This document shows, in pieces, positions 1-9,710 of a stretch of DNA of 64,000 bases. Source of the DNA: Planctomycetota bacterium (GTDB lineage Bacteria > Planctomycetota > PLA2 > JAEUHO01). The DNA is taken from positions 288,001-352,000 of the forward strand of contig CBDCTJ010000003.1 of NCBI GenBank assembly GCA_965222115.1, read 5' to 3'. Each line of letters opens with the position of its first letter. Position 1 is the stretch's first letter. The translations under genes were made by a program, and so were the position numbers. The notes beneath the pieces are model-generated. The model had not been told where the DNA came from, did not search any database, and saw only the letters and a program-made list of their open reading frames with translations.

Positions 1-2633
1 TTGGCGTTGCCGAATGTGTCCCAGCACGCGTCCGCTGGCATACGTACTGTTACGTCACCGGCGGCATCGGGCGTGATGATGAGCGTCCAGGCATCGTCGG
101 CGCCGCTCAAGTCGGTTGCCGTCCCATTGGTGACGACGTAGTCACTAATCTCATGCCCGATAAGGTTGGCCGATGAAGTGATTCCGATCTCAAACGATGG
201 TGTCGCCGTACTGGCGGGTGCCGAGAGCGTAACCGTGAGCGATTCAAACGGTTTGGCGGCAATCATGGCGTCGATTTCGGTTTGGGTGAGAGCACGACTG
301 CTCAACTCGGCGACGGCATCCATCGTTTCGATCCAGTCGCGCAGCACGGAAACGGCCTCGTCGTCGATCGTTGAACGTCCCAGAATAGGCATCGCACAAC
401 AGCCGTCCAGCGTATTCACGCGCTGATAGAGCACCGAACGCGCCACCGAGTTGGGTGCAATCACACGGGCAGCTGCAATGCCAAGATCGTCATCAGGATC
501 CACGTCCAACGTGCGCTGGGCACGCGGCGGTGAAGGTAGCCGCCCATCCCATTGCGACCGCACGCCGCCCGGTTGGTGGCAGTGCGCACAGTTGCTGTCC
601 AAGTAGGAGCGCGCGCGGCGCTCAAGCGTAGCCGTCGTGTCGCCTATGGGCTCGGCGGCGAGCATGTCATCGACGAGCGCGGGATCGAATGCGTCGTCAA
701 ACATGCCCGCATCGTTCCAAATCAAGAGCTGATTGCGCAGGCCGCCGCTCGGAAGAGCACAGTCACGATTGAGCTGATGAGTACGTACGCCTAGGACTCG
801 ACCCGCCGCGTCCGTGTGGCAGAGTAGGCACTGGGAACGGCTGGGATAGTTCCACTCGATTGTGTCGCCATCGTGATCAATGTCTTCCACATAAGAACCG
901 GGCAATAGGTCGGCATCCGATCCATCCACACGCCAGCGATAGGTAAGTCCGTACCAACCCGCCGTGCCGTGGACCATGAACCGCGTTTCCAAGCGTCGGG
1001 CGCCAAGCGCGAAATGCTTGATCAATACGGTTCCTACAGGGAAAGCCCAGTTCCCATCATCATCAAAGCGAATCTTCTCGTCGGGCGTATCGTGGGTCCC
1101 ATCATTTGGAAGCGCAATAAAGCGCTGCTTGAGCGCGCCATCGGACCAAAGAGGTGTATTGACTTCGTAGGGGCGCACGCCGTTTGCCGGCGTGAGCGCG
1201 GCCAGATTTGAGAAGGCATCCGTATCGGACAGTTTCGCCGGTGCCAGGCCGGTCTGCGCACCGCCTTGACGCAGTTTGCGAATGCGCGCACCGGTCGTGA
1301 GACGTCCATGCAGGGCGAGTACATAGAGTTCGCCATTGGCGTCGGCGTTGATGCTCGTCACGCCATTGGCCTGCCGTGCGGAGCCTGGCGAGCGTGCGAG
1401 AAGTTGCGTCGTCTTCGTCGTCGTATCGAGCGCATAGACGTTGTTCGATGTGTTATCGCTGAATATGTATTTGCCATAAAGCGATGGATGTCCCGCGCCT
1501 CGATACACATGTCCACCAATGACGCAACGACCGAGCTCGCCCGTGTAATCAAAGTACGGCGGTGCCTCCGTGCCGATGATTTGAGACGGCGGGATTCCAT
1601 TGGTGCGCGTGCCTTCTTTCCACGGCCATTGGAAATTGGCACCCCGCGATACGATGGAGATCTCCTCGACCGTGCCCTGCCCCACATCACCGATCCACAT
1701 ATCGCCCGTCACAGGGTCCATGCTCATGCGGTGCGGACTGCGCAGCCCCACGCAATAGAACTCTTCCAAGATGCTGCCGGAAGCATCCTGAAAGGGATTG
1801 TCGTTGGGAATGGTGTAGTCACGCGAAAACGAGGCGGGCCACCCCGTGGGTGCAGGAGAGTTGTTGCGCGGCTGGCGCCGAATCGCGTGACTTCGAGATA
1901 GATCTTCATCGACGTCGATACGTAGGACACCGCTAAACAGCCCCGTGTCGAGTTCCTGCGCGGAATTGTACGAATCGTTGGCGGCGCCCTCATCTCCGAC
2001 GGTCATATATAGGTAGCCGTCTTGACCGAACAGAATTGCAAGGCCAGAGTGCCAATTGTGCGTGTCGTACTGTTGAATCATTACGCGCTCGGAGCTACGC
2101 GATAGTTGCGCACCGTTGGCGGCCATCTGAAAGCGAGACAAGCGCATATAGCCCTTGTTGTTATCGATGCGCTCCGGTGTCCACTTGTAGGCGACGAACA
2201 CTTCGTCATGGCCAACCGCACCTGGAATGCCAAAGTTGGGGTGAAACGCAAAGCTCATTGCCCCGCTGTCGTGCACATCCAATACTTGTGACCCAAGATC
2301 GAGCACAAGCGTCCGCGAATCAGCATTCACTTCATTGTCAAACGAGTAAATTCGTCCACGCAACTCCATAAGCCACAGCGTATTTGTTCCGGGACGCTGA
2401 ACGAGGTGAATCGGATCTTGAAAATCGGGCAAACTCGGGAATGCATCAATGAGTTCCCAGGGATCACCCGCGCCCGGGAGTGGCGGCGCAGTTGGGGGCA
2501 TCACACCATTTAGGAACGGCGAAATGGCGGTCGCCGTATCCGGTGAACCTGCTCGCGCTATCCCTGACGGCCGTACGGCGAAGAACGAACAAATAACCGC
2601 AACCATCACCAACGGCGCAAGCGCATAACGCAT
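1..2633 (-). CDS. Secreted PQQ-dependent sugar (glucose/sorbosone) dehydrogenase-like beta-propeller fused to a diheme c-type cytochrome domain and an Ig-like domain; 3' end runs off the window
   Basis: Absent from the ORF track because there is no stop in the window. Parts translated manually: GGAGGT RBS then ATG at 2633, signal peptide MRYALAPLVMVAVICSFF, 'WELIDAFPSL...SFAFHPNFG' (GSDH-like), heme motifs CLLCH (~816-830) and 'ARSYLDSNCAHCHQPGG' (~570-620), 'MPILGRSTID...LRDWI', then an Ig-like 'VTNGTATDLSG...WTLIITPDAAGDVTV'. Confidence 0.8.
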   Translation of the reverse strand, partial: MRYALAPLVMVAVICSFFAVRPSGIARAGSPDTATAISPFLNGVMPPTAPPLPGAGDPWELIDAFPSLPDFQDPIHLVQRPGTNTLWLMELRGRIYSFDNEVNADSRTLVLDLGSQVLDVHDSGAMSFAFHPNFGIPGAVGHDEVFVAYKWTPERIDNNKGYMRLSRFQMAANGAQLSRSSERVMIQQYDTHNWHSGLAILFGQDGYLYMTVGDEGAANDSYNSAQELDTGLFSGVLRIDVDEDLSRSHAIRRQPRNNSPAPTGWPASFSRDYTIPNDNPFQDASGSILEEFYCVGLRSPHRMSMDPVTGDMWIGDVGQGTVEEISIVSRGANFQWPWKEGTRTNGIPPSQIIGTEAPPYFDYTGELGRCVIGGHVYRGAGHPSLYGKYIFSDNTSNNVYALDTTTKTTQLLARSPGSARQANGVTSINADANGELYVLALHGRLTTGARIRKLRQGGAQTGLAPAKLSDTDAFSNLAALTPANGVRPYEVNTPLWSDGALKQRFIALPNDGTHDTPDEKIRFDDDGNWAFPVGTVLIKHFALGARRLETRFMVHGTAGWYGLTYRWRVDGSDADLLPGSYVEDIDHDGDTIEWNYPSRSQCLLCHTDAAGRVLGVRTHQLNRDCALPSGGLRNQLLIWNDAGMFDDAFDPALVDDMLAAEPIGDTTATLERRARSYLDSNCAHCHQPGGVRSQWDGRLPSPPRAQRTLDVDPDDDLGIAAARVIAPNSVARSVLYQRVNTLDGCCAMPILGRSTIDDEAVSVLRDWIETMDAVAELSSRALTQTEIDAMIAAKPFESLTVTLSAPASTATPSFEIGITSSANLIGHEISDYVVTNGTATDLSGADDAWTLIITPDAAGDVTVRMPADACWDTFGNA

Positions 2634-2942
2634 AGAACCTCCCGACGAACTCATGATGCAACTCAAAGGATCGCAAACACTATGCCGAGGGCTCGTCGGC
2701 GCCCAGCCCCCTACCGTTCGCGACTCCCCGCCGAACTCGGGTAGCGAGTATGGGACCGATGTCGATTTGAATCAACACTGTTGCGGATTGGAGACATGCT
2801 TATTTGCTGGCGTTGGTGATTGTGTCCGGTGTGGTTGGGCGACATTCACCTCACGCGGAGACGCCGAGATGCGGAGGCGCAGTGGGCTGCAGGATGTGGA
2901 GCGCCGCACGCGGATGCGGTGGACAAGATGAGAAGAGGTGCA

Positions 2943-3332
2943 TTACTCCTGCACCAACGTCGTTTCCAGTCCCAATGCCTTTCCGGCCTTGTGCAGCTCG
3001 ACAGGACAATGCGGTCCGGTGATCCAGTCGATGCGTTGAATGTGTTTGTCCTGGAGATCGATGTGGGCAATGACGTCGAGGGGGCCCTGACCGCCTTGAG
3101 TTCGAAAGATAACGCGTGAATGACCGTCGATGACGACGACGCTTGCCGCCAAGTCGCCGCCGGCCATATAGGGGATTGAGGTTTTCATGATGGTCTCGCG
3201 CCCCTCCTCACGCGGAAAGGGCGCCTCCACAACCTGAGCCACCGCATCATCTTGTAGGAGCGACGAGATGGGGTCCAACTGCCGGGTATTGAACGCCTCT
3301 ACAAACTGGTCAAGAATCACGCGTTCGGTCAC
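2943..3332 (-). CDS. SnoaL/NTF2-like protein
   Basis: 'LDQFVEAFNTRQLDPISSLLQDDAV' is a typical NTF2/SnoaL N-terminus; the GTG start overlaps the upstream TGA stop (GTGA). Confidence 0.65.
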   Translation of the reverse strand: MTERVILDQFVEAFNTRQLDPISSLLQDDAVAQVVEAPFPREEGRETIMKTSIPYMAGGDLAASVVVIDGHSRVIFRTQGGQGPLDVIAHIDLQDKHIQRIDWITGPHCPVELHKAGKALGLETTLVQE

Positions 3333-4771
3333 TTGGATGCCTCCAGTTGCTTCTTCAGCCATGCCAACGCACGTTCACGAACCGCATCCCCGTTGTCCGA
3401 TTCCGCAATGAGCTCGTCGGGCGGCACGCCTTTACGTTCCAACGCTGTACCGTCGGGCAGATAAGTCATCCACGTCGAATACCGAACTGTCACGCCGTTG
3501 GGAAGCGGGAGCGACACGGGGTTCCCGCTGGCACCGCGCGTGGGTTGGCCAAACAACCTGGCATGCGGCAAGGCGCGAAACATGAGTGCCATGCCCTCGC
3601 CGCTGCTCATGCATCCCGGACCAACGAGCACAGCCACCGGAATGTTCACGGGAGACCTACCCACCGGCCGGAGCACGCGAGGTGGATCCGGACACAATTG
3701 TCCAGGCTTGGGACCGCAGCGACGCACCGACTTGGCATACACGATGGGCTTCGCGGTGAGTCGCCCAACCATTTTCTGCGCCAGTGCCTCGTTTCCTCCG
3801 CCGTTGCCCCGAAGATCAACGAGGAGCGCAATGCACTTGAGCTGGCGTTCCCAAACAGTGAGCATGGCCGAAGCCGACTTTTGATCACTGGGCAGCTTGG
3901 CGATGAGAATGGCGCCTATGTCTGTGGGTTCACGTTCAAACATGGCCAGCTTGGGCCATATCACGCCCCGTTCAAATCCCTGTGCCCATCGACGCGCACT
4001 AGCTTGTTGTCGCTTCGTAGGTCCATCCACAGTTGGGATATCCTGACCCGACGGTGTCGCGACGATTACATGAGGATCCTGGAATTTACTAAGAAGCTTC
4101 GCCGCCTCGCGTGCGAACACTTCGGCGTCGGTCGCCAGCTCCAAGCGAGCGCGTGCCTCACCGAATTGCGCTCGCCAATCGATCTTGTGGGCATGCAAGA
4201 AGCTGTAGTGCCGCGAAACTTCATCTTCGAGTATCGCCAAGCTTTGCTTGGCGTGCAGCCGCTCGAGCCGAACGCTTCGCACGATCAATGTTCCCGACAT
4301 GGACAAGAAAATGACGATATCAGCCGACCGGGCACGCGATGGCGCAGCCGCGACAAGCGTCTCGGTACGAATCTCGGGACTTCGAAGTGTCCGTATGGCC
4401 ATCTGCAATCGCTGACCCGAAGCGTCGTAAAAGAACAGCCCCACATAGCAATTGGGGCGTTGACCGTCAGCCAGCACGATGCGCTCGGTGCCTGCCACGA
4501 TGTGGAGTCGATAGACAGCATCTCCGTCAACCGCGACACGCTGCGAGAGCATGTGCCACGTGGACGTGTCGTCGTCGCCGGTGAGCGAAACCCCGCCGCC
4601 CTTTCGCGGCTGAATTCGAGATGCGCTGCCTACGCCACGCTTGGCCCCTACCCCCTTTTGCCAGCCCCGCGGCGTCCCGTCCCGCTCCCATACCGCGAAA
4701 TCGTCGTTCGTGAGAGTAGGTTCAAGATCCTTCGCATGCGCGGACGCGCAAAGACCCGCCATCGTGATCAT
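3329..4771 (-). CDS. S41 family (tail-specific) peptidase with an N-terminal carbohydrate-binding-like domain
   Basis: DLRGNGGG, 'CMSSGE', 'GQPTRGASG' and 'GVPPD' motifs; signal peptide ending AHA; start codon uncertain. Confidence 0.85.
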   Translation of the reverse strand: MITMAGLCASAHAKDLEPTLTNDDFAVWERDGTPRGWQKGVGAKRGVGSASRIQPRKGGGVSLTGDDDTSTWHMLSQRVAVDGDAVYRLHIVAGTERIVLADGQRPNCYVGLFFYDASGQRLQMAIRTLRSPEIRTETLVAAAPSRARSADIVIFLSMSGTLIVRSVRLERLHAKQSLAILEDEVSRHYSFLHAHKIDWRAQFGEARARLELATDAEVFAREAAKLLSKFQDPHVIVATPSGQDIPTVDGPTKRQQASARRWAQGFERGVIWPKLAMFEREPTDIGAILIAKLPSDQKSASAMLTVWERQLKCIALLVDLRGNGGGNEALAQKMVGRLTAKPIVYAKSVRRCGPKPGQLCPDPPRVLRPVGRSPVNIPVAVLVGPGCMSSGEGMALMFRALPHARLFGQPTRGASGNPVSLPLPNGVTVRYSTWMTYLPDGTALERKGVPPDELIAESDNGDAVRERALAWLKKQLEASK

Positions 4772-4829
4772 GAGCACGATTCGGAGGGACTTCCTCGGTC
4801 GTGTCAGGGCGCGGCGCAACCCGCGCTCG

Positions 4830-5360
4830 CTACGCCGTAAGCTGAAACTCATCAATGATGCGAGGCACCCACGCATTGATACGGTCCTCGGTCATGTCGG
4901 CCTGGTTGTCTTCATCGATGGCGAGTCCTAGGAAGAAGCCATCCCACACGCCAAGCGATTTGGTGAACTCGAAGCCATCTTCCGCATCGACGAAGCCACA
5001 AAGCTCGCCGCCGCGCTCCATAAACTTGGTTCCCAAAATGCCGATAGCGTCTTGGAAATTGTCTGGGTAGCCCGCTTGATCACCTACGCCAATGATGCCG
5101 ATCTTCTTGCCGGAGAGATCGAGGCCATCGAGCTTCTCGTACCCGGCCGCCCAATCATCTTGCAACTCGCCCACATTCCATGTCGGGGCACCAATCAGAA
5201 GATGGGTGTAGTCCTGCAGCTTCTCGACGCCGACTGCTGCTAGATCGTGAACCTCCACCGTCCCGGGGAGCTTCTTGTTGATTAAGTCTGCGATGGCCTT
5301 GGAGACCCGCTCGGTCACGCCAGTATTTGACCCGTACACCAACCCAACCTTTGTCGCCAT
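4830..5360 (-). CDS. fldA: Long-chain flavodoxin
   Basis: YGSNTGVTE FMN loop, GAPTWNVGELQDDW, GDQAGYPDNF, GLAIDEDNQ. Confidence 0.93.
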   Translation of the reverse strand: MATKVGLVYGSNTGVTERVSKAIADLINKKLPGTVEVHDLAAVGVEKLQDYTHLLIGAPTWNVGELQDDWAAGYEKLDGLDLSGKKIGIIGVGDQAGYPDNFQDAIGILGTKFMERGGELCGFVDAEDGFEFTKSLGVWDGFFLGLAIDEDNQADMTEDRINAWVPRIIDEFQLTA

Positions 5361-5554
5361 GAACTGACCTCGCTGCGCTTGACGTGCGCGTTCTCGGGAC
5401 CGCGCGGGACCGTCAAATGTACCTGAACCTTGACTGCGACGTGAACCCGGGCCGCGGCTGAGTTTCGCCCCTATTACCTGGGCTTTGCAATCGAATGATG
5501 CACCGCCGATTTGCGCCTTTACTCGTCCGTAGTAGCCCGTCGATAGGTATTCCA

Positions 5555-7294
5555 ATGGCTACGGGTCTGCTCCCCCTCATTGTTACCCCCCATCGTGAGA
5601 TTCGCGATCGCCTGTCGCGACTGCTTGACCCTACCCGGCGCGCGCATGTCGCATGGTGGTCATCCATGTCTGAGGGGAGCCACCACGACCAGACGCCCGA
5701 CATCGACCTGTTGATTCTGGATGCACGCTTGCCCGACGCCGCGTGGAGGCGCGAGATTCGAGGACTCGCTGGCAGCATGCTCCGCGCTCTGCCTGTGGTT
5801 GTCATTGTGGACGAACGCGAACGCGAGCGGGCCCAAGACGTCTTGTCCACCATGGATGGAGATTGGATTGCGTCTTCGGATCTCGACCGGCAGACGCTAC
5901 TTCGGTGCATTCGCTACGCCCAGGAGCGACGCGCCTCTTCGCTCCGGCTTGCCTCGGTTCGTCAACGACTGGAAATGCTCGCAAGCATTGATCCGCTCAC
6001 GCGCTGCCTCAACCGACGTGGCCTGGAGCACGCCGCGCGTAAGTTCTGCGCGGCGGCTTCGACCGATGTGGGTCTACCTTCCTTTGCGTTACTCACCGAC
6101 CTCGACAACTTCAAGTCGATCAACGACGACTTTGGCCATGCGACCGGCGACGTCATGCTGCAGGAAGTCTCGAGCGTCATTCGTCGTTACTTACGCCCAT
6201 CGGATGTATTGGCGCGCGTGGGTGGCGACGAATTCTTGGTCCTGCTGCGCTGCCTGTCGCGAGAAGAAGCATCGCATGTGGCGGAACGCCTACGCGCGGC
6301 CCTCGACGAAACATGCATTGAGTATGAAGGCGAGGCCGTGCGCGTGACAGCAAGCGTCGGCATTTCGGAAATCGCTACGGATGGCGCCACCGTGAGCGAA
6401 ATGCTCCACAGCACCCATCGCGGACTCAAACGCTGCAAACGCCGCGGGAAGAATCAGCAGGCTTGGAGTACGGCGGCATCCCCCGACTCGGATCGAGTCA
6501 CGCCCGAAGATCAAGTCATGTTGGCGATGTCTCGCGGCGAGAGCATTACCGTGGTGTGTCAGCCGATCATCGACCTATCGGCAGGCACGATCGAGAGTGT
6601 CGAGTTGTTGACCCGCGGTCCCAATGGAGCATTTGAAAGCCCCAATGACTTTTTCCGAGTGGCACAAGAACGCCAGTTGGTCAATACCATTGACATGAAG
6701 TGCCTGGAAGCGTGTCTCCATGCCACACGGCGAGGCGCGTCCTATCACGTCAACCTGCTCCCTTCTACGATTCTATCCGTGGGCGGCGAACGCTTGGCGC
6801 GCCTCTTTCGCGAAGCCAGCGCCAAACACCTCTGTTTGGAGATCAGTGAAAAGCAAATCGTGGCCAATCCTCGCTACTTAATTGAACACCTCGCGCCGAT
6901 CCGAGAAGCCAGTGTTGAGATTGCCATTGACGACGTCGGATTCGGTCGAAGCTGCCTGGAGAGCTTGATTGTTTTGAAGCCCGACACGATCAAGATCGAC
7001 CGCGCGTGGGTACAGGGTGTTCACAAGAACAAGGACCATGCCATATGGCTAAAGCGCCTATGTGCCGTCGCGAGCGCGTTGGACACACACGTTGTGGCGG
7101 AAGGCGTCGAGTCGCGCGCAGAACTTCGCTGGCTCATGGACCATGGCGTGGCGCGCGCGCAAGGCTACCTATGGGGCCGTCCGGCGCCGGTGGACACCTA
7201 CATTGATGAAGCCGGCAACTTCATTTCACTTGGCGTGATCGGCGATTCCCCGCGCCGTCGCGACGCCGACGTTCATTCAAACGCCAACATATAA
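5555..7294 (+). CDS. Diguanylate cyclase/phosphodiesterase (degenerate REC-GGDEF-EAL)
   Basis: DPLT, FKSINDDFGH and intact GGDEF; EAL domain with ELLTR, IDDVGFG, KID, AEGVE and QGY. Confidence 0.9.
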   Translation: MATGLLPLIVTPHREIRDRLSRLLDPTRRAHVAWWSSMSEGSHHDQTPDIDLLILDARLPDAAWRREIRGLAGSMLRALPVVVIVDERERERAQDVLSTMDGDWIASSDLDRQTLLRCIRYAQERRASSLRLASVRQRLEMLASIDPLTRCLNRRGLEHAARKFCAAASTDVGLPSFALLTDLDNFKSINDDFGHATGDVMLQEVSSVIRRYLRPSDVLARVGGDEFLVLLRCLSREEASHVAERLRAALDETCIEYEGEAVRVTASVGISEIATDGATVSEMLHSTHRGLKRCKRRGKNQQAWSTAASPDSDRVTPEDQVMLAMSRGESITVVCQPIIDLSAGTIESVELLTRGPNGAFESPNDFFRVAQERQLVNTIDMKCLEACLHATRRGASYHVNLLPSTILSVGGERLARLFREASAKHLCLEISEKQIVANPRYLIEHLAPIREASVEIAIDDVGFGRSCLESLIVLKPDTIKIDRAWVQGVHKNKDHAIWLKRLCAVASALDTHVVAEGVESRAELRWLMDHGVARAQGYLWGRPAPVDTYIDEAGNFISLGVIGDSPRRRDADVHSNANI

Positions 7295-8454
7295 GCGTAG
7301 CCCAATATGAGCGCGGGAATCGCAGTGTAAAGCGTGGCGACCAACGCCGCACGAGGGGAAATGGCGATCGCGGGAAAGAGCGCATCGCCATCGTTGGACA
7401 GGGCATTGCTGAGTTGGGCGCTAAACGGAATCGCGCCGCCGAGGTAGAGCGTGGTCACTACAATCTGTGGTCCACACCCTGGCAAGAATCCAATCATCGC
7501 GCCGAAGAGCGGCATCAATGCGGGCCATGTGCCGCTGAGGGTGGAGACGTCTACGCCGCCGTAAACCACCAACAACTCGTAAGCGAGAAAGCCACCAATG
7601 ACCCAGATGGTGACGAAGTTGGTGTTGACGGCGACCCGTTCCCAAAGCGGCACAGGTTCGGAGTCCTGCACCTTCATGGTATCGGCCTGGCTTCGGCTGA
7701 GTGCCCACATCATGAGTGAGACCAACGCCCCAAAAAAGCCGAGCAGCAGAACCACCGACATGCCCTGTCGATCCGCGAACGAGAAAAGCATCGCGTCCAC
7801 GTCCAATTGCATGAGTTGCATGCAGGCGATGACGAACGACGGAATCAGAATCGCCGTCCACAACGCGGTCATCCACACGGGAAGGCGCTCGTCGTCCTCG
7901 TCGGCCTCAAAGACCACGGCCGGTTCAACCCGCAAAAAATCACGCCCGTGAATGCGATTGATGATGCCGCCAAACAACCACCCGGCCACCAACCCGCACG
8001 CCATGATCCCCATCGCCACGAGCGGTTGCCGCGCCAGGAGCAGAAAGGCCGCGTCGCCCATGGTGGCCGTCAGCGCGGCGACGACCGCACCGAAACTCGC
8101 GCGTCCCATGGCGTACTGGGTGATGATCATGACGGCACCGCCACAGCCGGGCAGGGCACCCATGCCTGCGGCAAAGGGCAGCTCCCAAGCTCGGTGGCGT
8201 TCGAGGACATCGGACACGTCGATGCGAAACAGGTGCTCGATCGCGAAAAAGATCGCGAACGTGGCGGCGACGAATACGCCCACCGCCAAATAGGCCTCGC
8301 TCATTGCATCCACCAGCAACGGTCGCAATGTGGGGTGCAACAGCAAGGCCCCCAGAAAGGCCATGAGCGCTAAAAGACGAGTCACACCGCCACGCCGAAG
8401 GGGAAGCGTGGACGCCAGGAATTTCTCACGGGCGGCAAGCAGGAGCGTGGTCAT
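7273..8454 (-). CDS. Putative manganese transporter (DUF2899-type, ~10 TM)
   Basis: Repeated LPGCGG / LPGCGPQ motifs, TMGDAAF and SNDGDALFP; highly hydrophobic. Confidence 0.8.
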   Translation of the reverse strand: MTTLLLAAREKFLASTLPLRRGGVTRLLALMAFLGALLLHPTLRPLLVDAMSEAYLAVGVFVAATFAIFFAIEHLFRIDVSDVLERHRAWELPFAAGMGALPGCGGAVMIITQYAMGRASFGAVVAALTATMGDAAFLLLARQPLVAMGIMACGLVAGWLFGGIINRIHGRDFLRVEPAVVFEADEDDERLPVWMTALWTAILIPSFVIACMQLMQLDVDAMLFSFADRQGMSVVLLLGFFGALVSLMMWALSRSQADTMKVQDSEPVPLWERVAVNTNFVTIWVIGGFLAYELLVVYGGVDVSTLSGTWPALMPLFGAMIGFLPGCGPQIVVTTLYLGGAIPFSAQLSNALSNDGDALFPAIAISPRAALVATLYTAIPALILGYAYMLAFE

Positions 8455-8613
8455 GGTGGTCCAGCATGAGTATAGGGGCTCCGGGCGGCGAGGCCGCCGG
8501 CAAAGCAGCATTGGCGGAGGGACGGGACCTTACCGCCCGCGCGTGCTATACCACCGGCCCTACCGCCGGTTGCGCGTAGCCGCTTTCTTAGACCATTCTT
8601 CATGGAGACCCGT

Positions 8614-9225
8614 ATGGCCTTTGATCTTCCCAAACTTCCCTATGGCTACGACGCGCTTGAGCCCTATATCAACACGCGAACGATGACGCTCCATCACGAC
8701 ATGCACCATGCGGGCTATGTCAAAGGCCTCAACGCCGCGGTGGAGGGTGAAGCCTCGCTCGCGGGCAAGTCGCCGGAAGAACTGCTGGCCATGCTCGACA
8801 AGGTGCCCGAAGCCAAGCGTACGGCCGTGCGCAATAGTGGCGGTGGGCATGTCAATCACACGATGTTTTGGAGCATCATGGGACCCAAGAAGGGCGGGGC
8901 GCCCAGCGGTGACCTCGCCGATGCCATCAACAGCACGTTTGGATCGTTTGACAACTTTAAGGACAAGTTCAATAGTGCGGGCGGCTCGCGATTCGGTAGC
9001 GGGTGGGCTTGGCTCATCATGTCGAAGGCCGGACGCCTCGACATCACGAGCACGCCGAATCAAGACAACCCCATGAGTGACGGACACAAGGTCATTATGG
9101 GCAACGACGTGTGGGAACATGCCTACTACCTCACCTATGAGAACCGGCGCGCCGAGTACCTCAAGAACTGGTGGAATGTCGTCAATTGGGACGAGGTGGC
9201 CAAGCGCTTCGCCGCCGCCAAGTAG
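8614..9225 (+). CDS. sodA: Superoxide dismutase, Mn-type
   Basis: [30 protein letters not shown] and DVWEHAYY; the GGG and NQD signatures point to Mn-SOD. Confidence 0.93.
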   Translation: MAFDLPKLPYGYDALEPYINTRTMTLHHDMHHAGYVKGLNAAVEGEASLAGKSPEELLAMLDKVPEAKRTAVRNSGGGHVNHTMFWSIMGPKKGGAPSGDLADAINSTFGSFDNFKDKFNSAGGSRFGSGWAWLIMSKAGRLDITSTPNQDNPMSDGHKVIMGNDVWEHAYYLTYENRRAEYLKNWWNVVNWDEVAKRFAAAK

Positions 9226-9267
9226 GTAAGGACACTGGAAAACGCAAGACGAGAAGCAAACTTCGAA

Positions 9268-9291
9268 GCGCGATTCACAGGTGAATCGCGC
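9268..9291. terminator. Inverted repeat after sodA (terminator-like)
   Basis: GCGCGATTCAC-AG-GTGAATCGCGC is a perfect 11-bp inverted repeat; no clear U-tract. Confidence 0.4.
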
Positions 9292-9315
9292 CTCGGTGCA
9301 TAGGGATGGATGACG

Positions 9316-9672
9316 ATGCCGCGCAACGACGTCACGTTTTATTGGAATGGCACCTGAAGCAGTTGCCGCGATCCACGAGGTCTCGTGAAATCCCTTTCGC
9401 CCAACGTCAAAGAGCGCAACTACCGCAAGGAACCCTTTACCAAGGCCGAGCTCACGGCACTTGTGAATGCCGTCGAAGACCTTTCAACGATTCTGAACAC
9501 CCGCCACGCGGTGGCGAAAAAGAAGGGCTGGGACAAAAAGCCCCCCTCCAAAGCAACATTCGTCATCGCCGCGCTAGAAGAGCCCAACCTCCTCAAGCGC
9601 CCCATCGTCCGCCGTGGCGGCAAGGCCATCTACAGTCGCAAAGAAGACGAGATTCGTGCGTTTCTAAAGTAG
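9316..9672 (+). CDS. ArsC/Spx-family thioredoxin-fold selenoprotein (UxxC)
   Basis: ATG 9316 reads MPRNDVTFYWNGT-TGA(9355-9357)-SSCRDPRGLVKS, in frame with the track ORF 9385-9672 (LLKRPIV ArsC/Spx motif). The TGA sits where the first Cys of the CxxC belongs. Confidence 0.85.
9358..9393 (+). promoter_or_regulatory. Bacterial SECIS hairpin
   Basis: CACGAG-GT-CTCGTG (9374-9387) with apical AGGTCT, the same apex as the E. coli fdhF SECIS, ~20 nt after the TGA. Confidence 0.75.
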
Positions 9673-9710
9673 GAGCTACCGGGCTTCGGGCATTGAATCG
9701 AAGCTGTGGT

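Noticed and set aside
3347-4840. 497-aa + strand ORF
   Set aside because: Antisense shadow of the S41 peptidase; no motifs.
8455-8613. yybP-ykoY Mn riboswitch before the Mn transporter
   Set aside because: Consensus elements could not be recognised by eye.
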